IMG/VR virus record: IMGVR_UViG_3300045988_164175
Coordinates: 1 to 20,520 of that record
Reading direction: 5' to 3' (one strand)
Origin: a virus
DNA length: 20,520 bases
Part shown: in pieces, positions 17,329 through 20,520 of the stretch
Layout of the letters: each line of letters starts with the position of its first letter
Position numbering within the stretch: the first letter of the stretch is position 1
Translations under genes and position numbers: made by a program
The notes under the pieces: generated by a model
The model's database searches: none
Told to the model about the DNA's origin: nothing
The model's input: the letters and a program-made list of their open reading frames with translations, nothing else

Positions 17329-19035
17329 ATGGACGAGAAAGAACTAAAAGAAACCGAAACATGGCAACTATTTGAAAAAGGTAGAGACTATCTAAGGTTA
17401 ATGAATGTTTATAATGATACTGATAGAAACTATCAATTCTATAATGGCGATCAATGGGAAGGTGCTAAGATAGATGGAATTGAACCTGTACAATACAACT
17501 TTATTGAAACGATAGTTGATTACAAGTTAGGTAAAATTAATGCTAATGAGTGGGGGATAGTATTCTCTAGTGACAATTTTGACAGAGATTTTAGACCAAT
17601 GGCTGAAAAGACCTGTGAACTATTAAACAAAAAAGCTCGTAAAGTATGGGAACGAGATAAAATGGATGCAAAAGTTCGTATATTCACTGAAGATTCAGCA
17701 GTAAATAGTGAAGGTATTATCTATGCAGATTATGATTTAGATAATCAAAGTCCTATTAATGAAGTATTAAATAAATGTGATGTTCACTATGGCAATGAAC
17801 AAAGTGAAGACATACAAAGTCAACCATACATATTGGTTAGTAAGCGTGTATCAGTAATAGAAGCTAGAGAATTTGCTAAAGCAAATGGGGCTACAGAAGA
17901 AGAAATAGCATATATATGTGGTGATAATGATAGCTTTGAATCTGCTGGTAAAGATGCAAAATATGAGAAAGACCCAATGTGTACAATAGTAACGAAGATG
18001 TGGAAAGAAAAAGGTACAGTATGGTTCAGTAAATCAGTTAAGTATTTAGAAATATCTAAAGCAAAAGATAGTAAATTAACATTATATCCGCTAGTACACT
18101 TCTTGTGGAAACATAAAAAAGGAAGTTCAAGAGGCGAAGGAGAAGTTAAATATTTAATTCCTAACCAATTAGAAGAAAATAAAACTTTAGCAAGATCTGC
18201 TTTAAGTATTAAACAAAATGCTTATCCTCAAAAAGTAGCAGATATAAGTAAAATAGTTAATCCATCTGCTATAGGCCAAGTAGGTGGGGTAATTAAAGCG
18301 CAAGGAGCAGTAGATAATGTTAAAAACATTTTTGGTTATGTAGAACCAGCTCAAATGAGTGCTGATGTATTTAAATTTATGAGTGACTTAATTAGTGTAA
18401 CTCGCGAAATAAGGAATGCTAGTGATATTGCTACAGGTGGAATTAATCCAGAAGACGCGAGTGGTAGAGCTATCTTGGCAGTACAACAAGCAAGTGAGCA
18501 ACCATTGGCCAAACAAACTTTTGGATTGAAAGATGCTATTGAGGATCTAGCAAGAATATGGCTAGACCAATGGACAGTATATACTCTTGAAGGTATGACA
18601 CTGGAAGAAGAATTAGTAGATGAAGATACAGGAGAAACTTATACACAATTAGTACAAATACCTGAAAGTGTATTAACTAATTTAAAAGGTAGTGTAACAG
18701 TAGATATAACTCCTAAGAGTGCATATGATAAATATGCTAAAGAAGTAAGTATAGAAAATCTACTTAAAGCTGGATACTTTAATGCACAAAGACTAAGTGA
18801 ATTAAAAACTTATGTTCAATTGCTAGATGATGATAGTGTAATGCCTAAGAATAAATTGGAAGAAGCTATTAGCATTATGGAAGATGAACAAATGAAGATT
18901 GCACAAATGAGAGCGGACGCTCAAACAATGCAAATGAGAGCAAATGCTTATTTAAATGCTACTCCTGATGACCAAGCTCAACAAGTAGCAGAAGCTGGTC
19001 AACAAGTAAATGAAGAAGCACAACTGCAAAGTTAG
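17329..19035 (+). CDS. Portal protein
   Basis: YLRLMNVYNDTDRNYQFYNGDQWEG...PVQYNFIETIVDYKLGKI; ALSIKQNAYPQK; GINPEDASGRAILAVQQASEQPLAKQ typical portal. Confidence 0.93.
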   Translation: MDEKELKETETWQLFEKGRDYLRLMNVYNDTDRNYQFYNGDQWEGAKIDGIEPVQYNFIETIVDYKLGKINANEWGIVFSSDNFDRDFRPMAEKTCELLNKKARKVWERDKMDAKVRIFTEDSAVNSEGIIYADYDLDNQSPINEVLNKCDVHYGNEQSEDIQSQPYILVSKRVSVIEAREFAKANGATEEEIAYICGDNDSFESAGKDAKYEKDPMCTIVTKMWKEKGTVWFSKSVKYLEISKAKDSKLTLYPLVHFLWKHKKGSSRGEGEVKYLIPNQLEENKTLARSALSIKQNAYPQKVADISKIVNPSAIGQVGGVIKAQGAVDNVKNIFGYVEPAQMSADVFKFMSDLISVTREIRNASDIATGGINPEDASGRAILAVQQASEQPLAKQTFGLKDAIEDLARIWLDQWTVYTLEGMTLEEELVDEDTGETYTQLVQIPESVLTNLKGSVTVDITPKSAYDKYAKEVSIENLLKAGYFNAQRLSELKTYVQLLDDDSVMPKNKLEEAISIMEDEQMKIAQMRADAQTMQMRANAYLNATPDDQAQQVAEAGQQVNEEAQLQS

Positions 19036-19047
19036 TGCTTTTTATAT

Positions 19048-19123
19048 TGCTTCGTGGTGAAATGGTAACACAAACGGCTTTGAACCGTTCATTTTCTAGG
19101 TTCGAACCCTAGCGAGGCAACCA
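19048..19123 (+). tRNA. tRNA-Gln (anticodon TTG)
   Basis: TGCTTCG/CGAGGCA acceptor, anticodon arm AACGG-CTTTGAA-CCGTT, T-arm CTAGG-TTCGAAC-CCTAG, encoded CCA. Confidence 0.9.
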
Positions 19124-19133
19124 TTAAATAATT

Positions 19134-19155
19134 AAGTTCTTTATAGGACTTTTTT
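19134..19155 (+). terminator. Terminator-like hairpin downstream of tRNA-Gln
   Basis: AAGTTC-TTTATA-GGACTT followed by TTTT. Confidence 0.4.
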
Positions 19156-19237
19156 ATATGGTCTAAGCATTGCAGACCTTATCAAAAACTCAAATGGAAT
19201 ATAGGGAAGCAAACCCAGACAAATAGGAGGAAATAAT

Positions 19238-20071
19238 ATGTTTGAAGAAAACGAAAAACCTGTAATTGATGAAATTACTGAAAATGTAGAAGAAACTACA
19301 GAAGAAACAACAGGAACTGAAGCAGAACCAACGATTGAAAAACCAGTTGAAAAAGTTGAAGAACCTGAAAAATTATATACAGAAGATGATTTCAACAAGA
19401 AATTAGATGAAGTATTAGCAAAAAAGATAGCTCGCAAAGAAGCTAAGATACGTAAAAAATATGATAGCAAATATGGAAAGTTAGAAAATGTATTAAGAGC
19501 TGGAACTGGTATCAATGGAGATATTGAAGAAATAACCGATACATTTAATAACTATTATTCTGAAAACGTAGAGGGCTATAAAACTCCAACAGAAAATAGA
19601 TATTCTGAAAGAGAAACAGAAATCTTAGCTAAAGCTGAAGCAGATGACATTATTGAATCAGGATATGACGATGTAGTTGAAGAAGTCAATCGCTTAGCTA
19701 ACATTGGTACTGACAAAATGTCAGCACGAGAAAAATTAATTTTTAGTAGATTGGCATCTGAAAGAAAAAGAATTGAAGATGAAAAAGATTTAGCTAGTAT
19801 TGGAGTAACAAAACTAGATGATGATTTTAAAGAATTTGCTAAAGACTTAAATCCAAACTTATCTATGAAAGAAAAGTATGAGATTTATACAAAATATAAA
19901 CCTAAAACCAAAGTAGAAACAATAGGAAGTATGCAAACATCTGATCCAGTTACTGAAAAGGATTATTATACTCCAGAAGAAGTTGATAAATTAACTAGAG
20001 AGGAATTAAAAGATCCTAAAGTAATGTCGGCTGTAGATAGATCTATGGCTAAATGGTATGAAAATAAGTAA
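19238..20071 (+). CDS. Capsid scaffolding-like protein
   Basis: Acidic coiled-coil protein (EKLYTEDDFNKKLDEVLAKKIARKEAKIRKKYD...) between portal and major capsid; SD AGGAGG. Confidence 0.8.
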   Translation: MFEENEKPVIDEITENVEETTEETTGTEAEPTIEKPVEKVEEPEKLYTEDDFNKKLDEVLAKKIARKEAKIRKKYDSKYGKLENVLRAGTGINGDIEEITDTFNNYYSENVEGYKTPTENRYSERETEILAKAEADDIIESGYDDVVEEVNRLANIGTDKMSAREKLIFSRLASERKRIEDEKDLASIGVTKLDDDFKEFAKDLNPNLSMKEKYEIYTKYKPKTKVETIGSMQTSDPVTEKDYYTPEEVDKLTREELKDPKVMSAVDRSMAKWYENK

Positions 20072-20104
20072 TCTTCCTATTAAAAATAAAGGAGATGAAG
20101 AAAA

Positions 20105-20520
20105 ATGGCAGTAGGTAATTTTAAACAAACAGTTTGGGCTAGTAAAATCCAAACACAACTTGATACTATCACTTCATTAAAAAATCACTGTGATTTTGAA
20201 TATGAAGGAGAAATCAAATATGCAGAAAGAATAAAAATCTTAGGTGTAGTAAGACCAACAGTTAAAACTTACGTTCCTGGTACACCTTTAGAAAGAGAAT
20301 CAGGTAAAGATAATTCACAATTCATGGATATTGACCAATCTAAATATTACGATTTTGATGTTGATGATGTTGAAAAGGTACAATCTAAACCTGGTAAAAT
20401 TGAAAAATTAACTGAGGAAGGAAATAAAGCATTATCAGAAGCAGCTGATAAATATGTTGCTTCATTAGTAGCAAAAGAAAAAGCTAATTTAGCAAGCGCA
20501 GTTTCAACAGACATTAGTAC
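20105..20520 (+). CDS. Major capsid protein (truncated by window edge)
   Basis: ATG at 20105: MAVGNFKQTVWASKIQTQLDTITSLKNHCDFEYEGEIKYAERIKILGVVRPTVKTYVPGTPLERESGKDNSQFMDIDQSKYYDFDVDDVEKVQSKPG... Confidence 0.85.
   Translation, partial: MAVGNFKQTVWASKIQTQLDTITSLKNHCDFEYEGEIKYAERIKILGVVRPTVKTYVPGTPLERESGKDNSQFMDIDQSKYYDFDVDDVEKVQSKPGKIEKLTEEGNKALSEAADKYVASLVAKEKANLASAVSTDIS

Noticed and set aside
19141-19515. Minus-strand ORF (124 aa)
   Set aside because: Ser/Val/Phe-rich reverse reading of the scaffold gene's acidic repeats.

Overview
The window is the left and central part of a low-GC Firmicutes (Clostridia-like) temperate siphophage or prophage. From left to right it contains: a truncated integrase on the minus strand; a lysogeny switch (ImmA/IrrE-type peptidase, small membrane protein, CI-like repressor, divergent Cro-like and excisionase-like HTH genes); a replication and recombination block (DnaD-like protein, winged-helix protein, ERF annealase, DUF1351-like, SSB, NinB-like); a PcfK-like plus PcfJ-like pair; a run of small anonymous genes (one ASCH-like, one zinc-finger-like); a probable late regulator; a ~540-nt non-coding region carrying tRNA-Trp; small and large terminase; portal; tRNA-Gln(TTG); scaffold-like protein; and the start of the major capsid gene. 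Strongest second-look items: (1) a dense, probably structured non-coding region at about 13666-14203. It has several long hairpins, a tRNA T-arm mimic, and tRNA-Trp inside a 31-position near-perfect inverted repeat, followed by a weak terminator. It could be a large ornate phage RNA (ROOL/GOLLD-like or new). (2) Two inverted copies of a composite leader element (GTGCTGGAACAC hairpin plus an exact 17-mer AAAAATACTCAACATGC) flanking the lysogeny module. (3) Five exact copies of GTGATAGTAATGA at consecutive gene junctions, where one sequence encodes the C-terminal tail of one protein and supplies the Shine-Dalgarno and start of the next. (4) A PcfK-like protein whose family overlaps the AcrIIA9 anti-CRISPR family. 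All calls come from reading the sequence; no database search or folding program was run.
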